Assembly (NCBI GenBank): GCA_016201905.1
Contig: JACQBQ010000039.1
Location: 913-64,912, forward strand
Origin: Candidatus Melainabacteria bacterium
GTDB taxonomy: Bacteria > Cyanobacteriota > Vampirovibrionia > 2-02-FULL-35-15
Length of the DNA: 64,000 bases
Direction of reading: 5' to 3'
Position numbers and translations under genes: made by a program. Within the stretch, counting starts at the first letter, position 1. Every line of letters starts with the position of its first letter. Positions 11,042-20,308 of this stretch are shown one piece after another. The notes under the pieces were generated by a model. That model saw only the letters and a list, made by a program, of their open reading frames with translations. It did no database searches and was not told the DNA's origin.

Positions 11042-11050
11042 AGATAATTT

Positions 11051-13078
11051 TTAAATCTTTTGCCCCTTTAAATCAAGATGTATCTGAGCTGCTTTTTGAT
11101 AAGCTTTTGTACTGTGACTCCTTAGTCCAATCAAATATGCAAACTTGGCTTGATTTTCAAGATCATTTTTTAAGGTGTAATATCTAAAAAATTGTATAAG
11201 AGTTTGTAAATCCCCTGGATAATATTTATAAGCATACTGTAATATATCAAATGCTTTTTCAAGAGTTTTATTACTTATTAAGTAGTAATTAGAAAGAGAA
11301 TGCAGTATTGACGAACAATATAGAAACCTGTTGTGTGCATTTTCTAAGACTTGTACGGCTTTGTCGGTTTGTCCTGCTTTCACAAGAATATTTGCATACA
11401 TGGCAATTTCATTTATAAAAGCTAAATGAAGTTTATTTTTTATATATGGCTCGTAGAAAGCTAATATTTTTTTTGCATCTTCGTGGTAATAGTCTTCTTT
11501 TACAGTGGTGATTAAGTATGCAGTTTTTATAATTAATGAATCATAATCAAGCCCATAAGATTGAAGTATAGCTGGCTGGCTTGGATATTTCTTTCTTAAG
11601 ATTTTAAATTGTTTTAATGCCATTTTTAAAAATGGCAGACTTCCCTCTAAAGATTTTTTTGCAGAAGCTTTTTTGCCTTTGATTTGTAGCTGGGTCGTAT
11701 AAGTAATCAGCTTTTGTGCTTTATACAGTGGATTGTTTTCTATTTTTATTGCTGATTCTAAAAGCTTATCTCCATTGGACCAGTCTTGAATCCTGATTAT
11801 TGTTCTGCCTGAGAGGAGAAGAAGTAGGGATGAAAGTAGTATAAGTGCAGACTTCAGTTTTTTTTGATCGATTAGTGAATGAAAAACACTAAACAAAATC
11901 ACAAGGAGTATGAATGAAGGGAAATAACAATATCTGTCAGCTATTAAACAATAGTTTGGTGAAAGAACATGTAAAAAAGGAAAAAGTGCAAAATAAAAAG
12001 CATAAATTAATAGACAGATTAGTCTAATGTCCTGATTTTTTCTTGAGAATAGTAAAATAACTGGAGAAAGAATAAAAAACAAGTATAAGAGGGTACAAAG
12101 TACCGAATGCAAATCAAAAAGCGTACTTGATAGGTGTATAAGATTTGATTGGTAAGTTGACAATGTTTTGGGGAAAAGTAAAAGCTTTAAAAAAGAGAGG
12201 AATATTTGTGGTACAAGCCATAGATTCCTTTCTATAAACAGATAAGTTGTGTTAGAGCCCAAGAAACTTTTTGTAGCGGGATTGTTTCTTATGAATGAAT
12301 ATAAAACAAAAATTGCTATACCAATGAAATATGGTGATGAAAGTTTGAATGAAGTAACACCAGCTTCTCTTATTGATCCGATTTTTTTATATGTATAAGC
12401 AAAGATAAAAAAGAATATAACTAATGGAAATGTGTAGGCATGCTCTGCAAAGAACATGGAAAGTAAGACCAATGCTGGAATAAGAAAGAACTCTAGAGAT
12501 GTAACCTTGAAATCATTATCGATGATTTTAAAAGTCTCATAAAGTATAAAGCCAAAACAAAAAGTATAAGTAAAAATCATATTCCAATTTGTTGCAAGCA
12601 GTACAGCTTCAGTGTTTGCACTATGTAATGCCCATATAGCAGTAAACAGAGAAATAAGAAATAGATTAGGAAGAGAGATTTTATTTGAAAACAATTTTGT
12701 AATTTTATAGAAAATAACCCAAATGAGCGCTGTATTTATCAGATGAATTAGTAGTTGAAGTGTGTGATAGGGGAAAGGGTTTTTCTTGAAAAAATATGAC
12801 ATTAAGACTACAGATATTGAAGTTAAAATGGGCTCACTACGAACAGATAGCTGGCTTGAGAAAAAAGTGTTCATTGATTCCAGATGACAGTTAAGTACAA
12901 AATATTTAATAATTTCAAAAATTTCACTTATGGAGGAAGGTGTTGGAAATAGTGATTCATCTTTTAGTATGCGTTCATCAAAAAAGAGCCAATCTCTATT
13001 TAAAGAAGGTATATATATTAAAAGAACTAAAAGTAAAGTTCCAAAAAGAAAGAAAAGTTTGTTTTTACTTCTTTCCAT
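11051..13078 (-). CDS. TMTC/PMT-like GT-C membrane glycosyltransferase with TPR-like C-terminus (array member 6)
   Basis: 675-aa ORF. Motifs: FFDERILKDE, AIWALHSANTEAVL, ERNLWLVPQIFLSFLKLLLFPKTLSTYQ, IADRYCYF, RIQDWSN. Closest paralogue is 13082..15556. Confidence 0.75.
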   Translation of the reverse strand: MERSKNKLFFLFGTLLLVLLIYIPSLNRDWLFFDERILKDESLFPTPSSISEIFEIIKYFVLNCHLESMNTFFSSQLSVRSEPILTSISVVLMSYFFKKNPFPYHTLQLLIHLINTALIWVIFYKITKLFSNKISLPNLFLISLFTAIWALHSANTEAVLLATNWNMIFTYTFCFGFILYETFKIIDNDFKVTSLEFFLIPALVLLSMFFAEHAYTFPLVIFFFIFAYTYKKIGSIREAGVTSFKLSSPYFIGIAIFVLYSFIRNNPATKSFLGSNTTYLFIERNLWLVPQIFLSFLKLLLFPKTLSTYQSNLIHLSSTLFDLHSVLCTLLYLFFILSPVILLFSRKNQDIRLICLLIYAFYFALFPFLHVLSPNYCLIADRYCYFPSFILLVILFSVFHSLIDQKKLKSALILLSSLLLLLSGRTIIRIQDWSNGDKLLESAIKIENNPLYKAQKLITYTTQLQIKGKKASAKKSLEGSLPFLKMALKQFKILRKKYPSQPAILQSYGLDYDSLIIKTAYLITTVKEDYYHEDAKKILAFYEPYIKNKLHLAFINEIAMYANILVKAGQTDKAVQVLENAHNRFLYCSSILHSLSNYYLISNKTLEKAFDILQYAYKYYPGDLQTLIQFFRYYTLKNDLENQAKFAYLIGLRSHSTKAYQKAAQIHLDLKGQKI

Positions 13079-13081
13079 AAG

Positions 13082-15556
13082 TTATATTCCTGCTTGAAGT
13101 AACTGTTGTTTAATATTTAGGATTTGTTTCTTTTCTATTTGTGTTAAATCCTTTATTCCTTCAAGTTCATTTAAGTATTTTCTTACACTTGAAAAATCTT
13201 TTAAGTGAGTATTCACATTAATTAAGCTTGTAAGTATTCCTTTAGTGACTCGTATATCTTTATTGGTACCAAGTGCCTTGTCAGCAAGATAAGCAGCATT
13301 TAGTATTTCAAGTATCTTACTTCTTTTCCCACTTACATCTAAGTATCTGCTCATAAGTAGTAATGAAAGAGGATCGTTTGCATTTAATCTAACAAGCTTC
13401 TTTAGTGTTTTATGAGCTTCAGGTAAATTATTTAAATCAAGATATATTTGAGCTGCCTTTTGATACCCCTTTGCGTAGTGATCTCTTAAACCAAGCAGAT
13501 AGGAAAACTTGGCTTGATTTATGAGGTCATTTTTTATTTCATAGTATCTAAGTAGTTTATACAATGTAATGCCCTTGTTAGGGAAATACTTGTAAGAATA
13601 TTGTAAAAGTTCAAAAGCTTTCTCCTGATTTTTTTCGTAATCCAAATAAAAATCTGCCAGTGCATGCATTAAGTCCATGTAATATGGAAATTTTTTAAAT
13701 CCATACTCCAGCACACTTTTAGCTTTTTCAATTTGCCCATCACTTAATAGAAGTTTTGCATAATAAAGAAGCTGATTACATGAGAGTAAATCAAGATCGT
13801 TCTTTATATACTTTTCAAAAAAAGCAAGTATATCTTTAGGTGGTACCTGATAGTTATCGCTTCTAATTATTGCAATTCCAAAAGCAGCTTTTAAAAGCTG
13901 AGTATCATAATCTAAACCGTACAATTTTAAAGTTACTGGCTGTACTGGATTCCTTTTTCTCAATATTCTTAACTGCTTAATTGCTTTTTGTAGTTCTTTT
14001 ATAGCTTCTTGATAATATTCTTCCATCTTGCCCATCATTTTTTGAGACCCAAAAACGTCACCTAATACGGTGAGTTTTTTGCCTTTGTAAAGGGGGTCTT
14101 TTTCAATTTTTATGGCTGAATCATAAAATGTGTAGGCATTGCTCCAGTCCTGAATTCTTACTAGTGTTCTGACTGTCATAAGGAAAAGTAAGCATAATAG
14201 GATAGAAATAACCGCACTAGGTCTTTTCCAATTTGAAAAGGTGCACAGACTTATATATATAAGGAATAAAAGTAAAAATGATGGGAAGTAACAGTACCTG
14301 TCTGCGATTAAGCAATATGTAGGTGTAATTATTTGCAGGTAAGGGATGAGTGAGAAGAGAAAAGCATAAAATAATATACAAATAAATTTAACATTTTGAT
14401 TTTTTACTAAGATGAATAAGGTCAATGGCAAAAGAATAAAAATCAAATAAAATAGTGTACAAAATATTGAATAAGGCTCAAAAATTGAATTAGCTAGATG
14501 TACATGATTTGATTGATATGCTGAAAGTGTCTTAGGGAAAACCAGTAGTTTTATAAAATGAAAAAAGATTTGAGGTGTAAGCCACAGATTTCTTTCAAGA
14601 AAAATATAAAAGGAAGATTCCTTTATATGGTTGTCTAAAGTTTCTTTGTTACTAAACAGAGAAGCCATGGGAGAGTCTGCTTGTAAAAATGAGGTTAATA
14701 AAAATAAAATCAAGCCTATAAAATAAGGGGAAGATAGTTTAAGTGAAGTAAGAAGTGAATATTTAAACTTGTTGGATTGCCTGAGCATAAATGCAAAAAT
14801 AACAAATAAGATAATTAATGGGAATGAATAGCCATGCTCTGCAAAAGACATTTGGAGTAAAAATAAGCAGGAGATTATAAATATCCTTAATTTTGAGTTT
14901 TTAAAGTTGTTCTCTAAAATTCTGGATATTTCATAGAGCAAAAATGCAAAGCAAAATGTAAAAGTGAGAATTCCATTCCAATTTGTTGCAAGCAGTACAG
15001 CTTCAGTATTTGCGCTGTGTAATGCCCAGAGAAGCGTAAATAAAGAAATGACTGTATAAACAAGGTGATTTTGTTCATTATTATGCAGATATTTAAATAC
15101 CTGTGAGATTTTTTTTAAGATAAACCATACAAGAACAGTATTAATAAGATGAATTACAAGTAGGAATGAGTGATAAAGGAAAGGGCTTGTTTTAAAAAAG
15201 TAAGAAATAAAAACAAAAATTGACCAGGCTAATGGTACTGAGCGAATTGTCATATGGTTTGAAAATGTGCTGTTCATTGACTCAGTATGGCAATTAACTA
15301 CAAATGTGTGTATATCTTCAAAGATTTCATCAAGCCTTGTTGGTATTGGTAGAAGTGTTTCAGCATAAATAATTTTTTCATCGAAAGGTTGCCAGGGCCT
15401 AAATAGTGAAAAAGAATAAATGATAAGGACAAGTAGCATTGTGCCTAAAAGGTATAGTGAGTTTATATTTGTAAATTTTTTAATTAGTGCCTGTAATAAA
15501 GTCTCTTTGTTATTTTTTTTGAAGGTATTTGGTTTTTTAAATCTTACTTTTGCCAT
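13082..15556 (-). CDS. TMTC/PMT-like GT-C membrane glycosyltransferase with extended TPR-like C-terminus (array member 7, first gene of the operon)
   Basis: 824-aa ORF. Motifs: PFDEKIIYAE, LLWALHSANTEAVL, ERNLWLTPQIFFHFIKLLVFPKTLSAYQ, IADRYCYF, RIQDWSN. It has a longer basic N-terminus and the C-terminal extension shared with member 5. Confidence 0.75.
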   Translation of the reverse strand: MAKVRFKKPNTFKKNNKETLLQALIKKFTNINSLYLLGTMLLVLIIYSFSLFRPWQPFDEKIIYAETLLPIPTRLDEIFEDIHTFVVNCHTESMNSTFSNHMTIRSVPLAWSIFVFISYFFKTSPFLYHSFLLVIHLINTVLVWFILKKISQVFKYLHNNEQNHLVYTVISLFTLLWALHSANTEAVLLATNWNGILTFTFCFAFLLYEISRILENNFKNSKLRIFIISCLFLLQMSFAEHGYSFPLIILFVIFAFMLRQSNKFKYSLLTSLKLSSPYFIGLILFLLTSFLQADSPMASLFSNKETLDNHIKESSFYIFLERNLWLTPQIFFHFIKLLVFPKTLSAYQSNHVHLANSIFEPYSIFCTLFYLIFILLPLTLFILVKNQNVKFICILFYAFLFSLIPYLQIITPTYCLIADRYCYFPSFLLLFLIYISLCTFSNWKRPSAVISILLCLLFLMTVRTLVRIQDWSNAYTFYDSAIKIEKDPLYKGKKLTVLGDVFGSQKMMGKMEEYYQEAIKELQKAIKQLRILRKRNPVQPVTLKLYGLDYDTQLLKAAFGIAIIRSDNYQVPPKDILAFFEKYIKNDLDLLSCNQLLYYAKLLLSDGQIEKAKSVLEYGFKKFPYYMDLMHALADFYLDYEKNQEKAFELLQYSYKYFPNKGITLYKLLRYYEIKNDLINQAKFSYLLGLRDHYAKGYQKAAQIYLDLNNLPEAHKTLKKLVRLNANDPLSLLLMSRYLDVSGKRSKILEILNAAYLADKALGTNKDIRVTKGILTSLINVNTHLKDFSSVRKYLNELEGIKDLTQIEKKQILNIKQQLLQAGI

Positions 15557-15604
15557 TTATAGAAATTGTACTTTTGAATATACACGGTTTTTTATACTCG
15601 TTTT

Positions 15605-15633
15605 AAAATATTAGGTTTTTATAAATTTGACAA
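15605..15633 (-). promoter_or_regulatory. Candidate sigma70-type promoter for the GT-C/TPR operon
   Basis: On the minus strand: TTGTCA (15633..15628), a 17-nt spacer, then TATTTT (15610..15605). It lies ~50 nt upstream of the ATG at 15556. This is a hexamer match only. Confidence 0.3.
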
Positions 15634-15855
15634 ATTATTATTAGTATATGTCTTTTATTTCCGTTAGGATTTCTCCTAAAGTTTCTCCAAATAATACATA
15701 ATTCAAGGTCAGGAGAAATTTACTAAAGGTTAGAATAACTACATTAACAGCTAGAAAGATAAAAAGAATAACTCGTATTACCCTTTAATATAAACTTAGA
15801 TAGTGTTAACAGGAACTTTATGATTGAGTTGAAGTTCAAACAAACTGGTGTATTC

Positions 15856-15884
15856 TTGACTTTGGCGTGTTAGACAAAATTATT
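15856..15884 (+). promoter_or_regulatory. Weak candidate promoter for the giant surface-protein gene
   Basis: TTGACT at 15856..15861, a 17-nt spacer, then ATTATT at 15879..15884. The -10 match is poor. It lies ~105 nt upstream of the ATG at 15991. Confidence 0.2.
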
Positions 15885-15990
15885 TTGAAGTTTTTTAATT
15901 AAAATTTCAAAATAGCTTGGTCTAAAACAAAAAAGTTATTGTGTAAGTTAAAGGATGTTAACAATAATAATTAAGAAGGAGTAGAAATTA

Positions 15991-18900
15991 ATGAAATTGA
16001 TTTCATCGAAAAAGACTAAGCGTAATGTTGCGCTCTTCTTTGTTCTCGCATTTATGCTTTCAAACCTTTTATCGCTTTTTGGGCCAAGTGCTCAAGCTGC
16101 GGTATCAGTTACAGCCCCATCAACTGGTACATGTTTTCAACACAATGGTACAGTTGCAAACGGTGCTCTAGTCACGGTTTATAATATTGGTACAATTCAG
16201 CTTTCATTGACAGCATCAGAAATTTCACCTGGTGTTGACGCAGCAGGCACAACTGCAGCAACAACAGCTGCTGTTTCTAACGCTGTTACAGCAGGTCACA
16301 TTGATACAGCTAGTGACATCATTGGAAATATTTTTACAATAACTCCTCCAACAGGTACAAACTTTGTAATAGTGCCTGGCTTCCAAGACACTACTGCTAG
16401 CCGTACAAACATACTTTTAAATGCAAATGCACAAATATCAAATGCATTATCTACTGACTCTACAAACGCAGCAGTAGATAGTACGCTTGATATAGATGTA
16501 GGTGTAGTAACAGCTGGTACAGTAGGACTTGGCAGAGCAGTAGTAGCAATTGCAAGAGACGCAGATGCAGGTTCAGCTACTTCTAACTTTGGTTCAGAAA
16601 CATATCCAAAATCTGGTACTGGAAGCAACACCGTAACAATTACTGTTAATGGCTTAGGTATTGCAATTCCTCCATCTGGAGATACAGCACTAAGTGGTAC
16701 ATTAACAGCAACACTTGATTCTACAGTTCCTTCTGGTACTGGAGCATCTGGTGGTAGTGGTACTCCTGCAGTAGCAAGTGCTATTTCAGGTTTATCCCAA
16801 ACAATTAACTTATGTACAGTAACCTCACCAGCCGGTAAGATTGAAGCAGTGCTAGATATTGATAATGACTCATCAGAGTTATATGATAAATCTGGTACTA
16901 CCAGCCAAAACCTGGTTGCTTTAGGTCAAATAGGAAGCAATACAACGATTGCAATATTTGATACAAATACAGTAGCAGCAGGTGTAAGCAGTTCTACCTT
17001 AGTTGATACAGAGGCCATTATTATTAAAGGTATTGGTACTGGAACAACAGGTGTTACAGCTACAGACCAAGCTATTGCAACTGGAGCCTTAACTAGTGAT
17101 ATTGATACTGATGCTGAGTTTCCATCAGCTACAGGGTTAGATATAACATCATCCTTGTTTGCAAATAACTCAGGTGCAGCAGGATCAGCTCCAATTACAA
17201 TTAACTTTGAAGATGACAACTCTTTAGCAGTTACTACCTTACAAGCAGTTGATATTGTTATTACTAACACAACTGCAGCAGGTGGAACTGGATTACCAAC
17301 GATTGCTGGATTTAGTGGTGCTCAAACTTCTAGATTTGGTTTCTTGGGAGCATTAAGAGCAGCACTTCACGAAGGTGGTAACGCTACCAGTTTGGCAAAT
17401 ACCGTATCTGGTACAGCCTGGGGTGTTGCGTCAATTATAGGCGGACCTACAGGCAGTATAGCAAATCAAGAGTCAACAAACCCGACTACTGGTGCACCAG
17501 GTTTAGCTACTTCTACTGCTAATGGAACTGGCGCTACTACTCTTGAACCTTTCCAGCCTTCATTTGTAGACTTAAGACTTTTCTGTTCAGCAAGCACAAA
17601 CCCAGTAGCAGGTTGGTTTGCTATCTTGAACAGCGGAGTTGCAGCAAATACTATTGGAACTACAGCAGGTGGTACTAAACAGTTAATTAAGAGATCACAA
17701 GCTGGACAAAAGTTTGCAGGACCAAATGCAACCTTATTCTTCCAAACATTGACAAACATTTCTGGGACACAAGCATCATCGTCACTTACAGCTGATGCAA
17801 CAAGACAATTTATAGTTGGAGAAAAGATAGTAGCAGTTGGACTTGATACAGTTAACGGTAGTAATGCACTGTTATATGCATCTTGTGCAAACAATGCCTT
17901 GACTATATACCCAATTCAAAATGGTTTTGACGCAGCTAGAGATGTTATTGCAATTACTCCAAAACTGCAAGTTACAAATGTTAGCAGTACATTCTCACAG
18001 GATGTAAATGTCATTGCAAACGTTTCTGGTAATAACTTATCAGGTACTACTTCATTAACACTGGCAACATTAGTTGGTGTACCAGCTACTGGCGGAAACT
18101 CTAGCTTAGCTTCAGCACAAGGTGTAGCAGTATCAGAAAACAGTAGTTTAGGTATTGATTGTTCAAGCGGAGGTCAGTCAAGTGTAGTTCTAAGTGGTGT
18201 AGCCACTGGTTCAGTTACTACAGCTGCAACTGCTGCTTGTACAGGTGGTGTAATTGCACCTCCATCTACCTTCTTTACTGGCGGAGCTCCTAATTCAGTT
18301 TCTGGAACTACAGTTATTGATGGTGCACCAGTTGTACAAGGTGAAGCAAGAGGTATTCTAGTCACTGAAAGCAGTGTAACTGGATTCAACCAATTGTTAA
18401 ATCAAGTTGGTGGTGGTGCTACTGGTACTGTATTTGAAGTTCAATTACCTACAGGTTGTGATGTTATTGATGATAGAGACGATAACAATACAGCAGTATC
18501 AAATTCAGCAAGTACAGGTGGTAACGATGTTACAAGGTTCTCCGTAACTCAAACTGGTGGTATTACAGCATCAGTAGCAGCCGGTGGATCAGGTGATGCA
18601 GCACTCACAAATGTGAATGTTGTAGCATCAGCATCAGGTACAACACCAGCTAGAGCATACTTTAGAATTAGTGCAGGAAATGGTTCAGCAGCTGATGCTG
18701 CAGTAACAGATAGTATCTTGTTCAGGATTGATTCACAAGATTTATTCTGTCCAACTACAGTAACTGGTGACCTTTCAGGAAAAATCCTTGCACAAAACAA
18801 AGTATCTGGTCCAACACTTACATCAAATCTTGGTACAGCCATGTTTGGTACAGCAACACAAGCATTAAGCTTTGCATTTGCTGATGATGTAGCTACTTCA

Positions 18901-20145
18901 GTAAAAGGTGAAGTTTCTACCAATACTAATCTTGGTCCAACACCAAGGTTTACAGGTACTGGTGGTGGCGTAACAAATTCACATCCGTTTAAGATTGTTG
19001 AATTGGATAACAGATCCTTCCCAATCGGTGGCAGGGTTTCTAAACGAAACTTAGATCCTGATAACACAACAACTGGTACAGTTATAACCAAAGGACAAAT
19101 TTGGATTATTCCTGCATCAGGAGCTGCATTTAGTGCTGCACCAGCAACGGCTGATGTCTCATTCTCAGACAACTCATTAGTTGTTGATGGAGCACCAGTA
19201 CTTGTAGCTAGTGCTACTCAGGATGCAAATGCACCATTAGGTACAATTCTTATTGGTATCAAGAAGAATACAGCTTCAGGTGCAACCGATCCAGCAACGA
19301 CGAAAACAACCGTTACAGTTAAGAACCTCAAGTTAGCAGCAGCTACAAGCAGTACAACTGATCTAGTTGCTTCAGTTGAGTTCTATTCACAAGATGCAGG
19401 TGTAGTAGTTAACACACCAGGTGTTGCGGCAGGAAATAGTTCGTCAACTCCGACACTATTTACTCCATTTGCACCAGGTTCAACAAAAGCTTCAACACAG
19501 CTTAATGTTGCAACTACTTCTGCAGTTCAGTTAGGAGCTGGTTCGTTAGCAAATAGCTTGATAACATCCAGGCTTACAACTGAAGGTGCACCTCAACTGA
19601 ATCCATTTGCGAAAGTTATTGCAACTCAAGCAAATGCAGATTCTTCAAAAATCACAGTTAGTGCAGTGGCTCCTACTGCAACAAGCAGTTCAGGCAGCTC
19701 TGCTCTAGCAACAGAAAACATTGTTACAGTTACTGGTGTTGCTGGTGCTGTAGATGGTGGTGCTGAAGTAGTTATTACTTCAGGACCTAATGCATCGACA
19801 GTATACGGGTCAACCACAGTAATTGCATCAACTGATGGTTCATTTACTGCAATGTTAAGAGGCGATTGTTCACCTCCTAACACTAGTCTTACTCTTATTG
19901 TTACTGAACAATTAAGTGGTAATAAATCAACGTCAGTTACCAAGACAGCACTATGTAATGGTGCAACTGGTGAAACTGCAGATAGCGTATTTGCTGCAAT
20001 AGCTGGATCAGATGGTCAAGCAACAGTAGCAAAAGTACTGTCGTACGTTTCAGCTCAAGGAGGTCTATCAGCAATAGTTACAGCAGGTGGTGCAAAACTA
20101 CAAGGCGTAATTAAAGCTGCTAAGGCTGCGCTCGGACTTAGCTAA
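15991..20145 (+). CDS. Very large secreted Thr/Ala/Ser/Gly/Val-rich surface protein (S-layer/adhesin-like); candidate glycoprotein
   Basis: 1384-aa ORF with AGGAG at 15977..15981, 9 nt before the ATG. N-terminal signal peptide MKLISSKKTKRNVALFFVLAFMLSNLLSLFGPSAQA/AVS. The sequence is visibly dominated by T, A, S, G, V and N with few charged or aromatic residues. The C-terminal part has a beta-rich Ig-like pattern (VTVTGVAGAVDGGAEVVITSG...STDGSFTAML). A strong terminator follows. Confidence 0.9.
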   Translation: MKLISSKKTKRNVALFFVLAFMLSNLLSLFGPSAQAAVSVTAPSTGTCFQHNGTVANGALVTVYNIGTIQLSLTASEISPGVDAAGTTAATTAAVSNAVTAGHIDTASDIIGNIFTITPPTGTNFVIVPGFQDTTASRTNILLNANAQISNALSTDSTNAAVDSTLDIDVGVVTAGTVGLGRAVVAIARDADAGSATSNFGSETYPKSGTGSNTVTITVNGLGIAIPPSGDTALSGTLTATLDSTVPSGTGASGGSGTPAVASAISGLSQTINLCTVTSPAGKIEAVLDIDNDSSELYDKSGTTSQNLVALGQIGSNTTIAIFDTNTVAAGVSSSTLVDTEAIIIKGIGTGTTGVTATDQAIATGALTSDIDTDAEFPSATGLDITSSLFANNSGAAGSAPITINFEDDNSLAVTTLQAVDIVITNTTAAGGTGLPTIAGFSGAQTSRFGFLGALRAALHEGGNATSLANTVSGTAWGVASIIGGPTGSIANQESTNPTTGAPGLATSTANGTGATTLEPFQPSFVDLRLFCSASTNPVAGWFAILNSGVAANTIGTTAGGTKQLIKRSQAGQKFAGPNATLFFQTLTNISGTQASSSLTADATRQFIVGEKIVAVGLDTVNGSNALLYASCANNALTIYPIQNGFDAARDVIAITPKLQVTNVSSTFSQDVNVIANVSGNNLSGTTSLTLATLVGVPATGGNSSLASAQGVAVSENSSLGIDCSSGGQSSVVLSGVATGSVTTAATAACTGGVIAPPSTFFTGGAPNSVSGTTVIDGAPVVQGEARGILVTESSVTGFNQLLNQVGGGATGTVFEVQLPTGCDVIDDRDDNNTAVSNSASTGGNDVTRFSVTQTGGITASVAAGGSGDAALTNVNVVASASGTTPARAYFRISAGNGSAADAAVTDSILFRIDSQDLFCPTTVTGDLSGKILAQNKVSGPTLTSNLGTAMFGTATQALSFAFADDVATSVKGEVSTNTNLGPTPRFTGTGGGVTNSHPFKIVELDNRSFPIGGRVSKRNLDPDNTTTGTVITKGQIWIIPASGAAFSAAPATADVSFSDNSLVVDGAPVLVASATQDANAPLGTILIGIKKNTASGATDPATTKTTVTVKNLKLAAATSSTTDLVASVEFYSQDAGVVVNTPGVAAGNSSSTPTLFTPFAPGSTKASTQLNVATTSAVQLGAGSLANSLITSRLTTEGAPQLNPFAKVIATQANADSSKITVSAVAPTATSSSGSSALATENIVTVTGVAGAVDGGAEVVITSGPNASTVYGSTTVIASTDGSFTAMLRGDCSPPNTSLTLIVTEQLSGNKSTSVTKTALCNGATGETADSVFAAIAGSDGQATVAKVLSYVSAQGGLSAIVTAGGAKLQGVIKAAKAALGLS

Positions 20146-20164
20146 TAGCTAAGTGCCATATTAT

Positions 20165-20194
20165 TGAGGCCCCTGTAACCCAGGGGCCTCTTTT
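20165..20194 (+). terminator. Rho-independent terminator after the giant surface-protein gene
   Basis: GAGGCCCCTG (20165..20174), loop TAACC, CAGGGGCCTC (20180..20189), then TTTT. Confidence 0.85.
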
Positions 20195-20308
20195 CAAATT
20201 AAATTAACATCATTTAAAAAATGAAAAAGGATTAAAAAAGAAAAAGATAGGATAGGTACGGTAAAAAAGATTTATTGGTTTTATTAGGAAAGGGTGGAGG
20301 AAAATAAA

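Noticed and set aside
1119-15614. Short alternative-frame or antisense ORFs within the GT-C/TPR genes: 1119..1403, 3273..3545, 5165..5407, 8185..8403 and 15420..15614
   Set aside because: They are embedded in long, paralogue-supported ORFs and encode low-complexity peptides typical of off-frame AT-rich sequence. There are no start signals.
20294-20308. GTG start at 20294 for the 471-aa track ORF
   Set aside because: The GGAGG at 20296..20300 is correctly spaced for ATG 20309. The resulting N-terminus (MVNRATLGVLIMLLL...) is a normal signal peptide.
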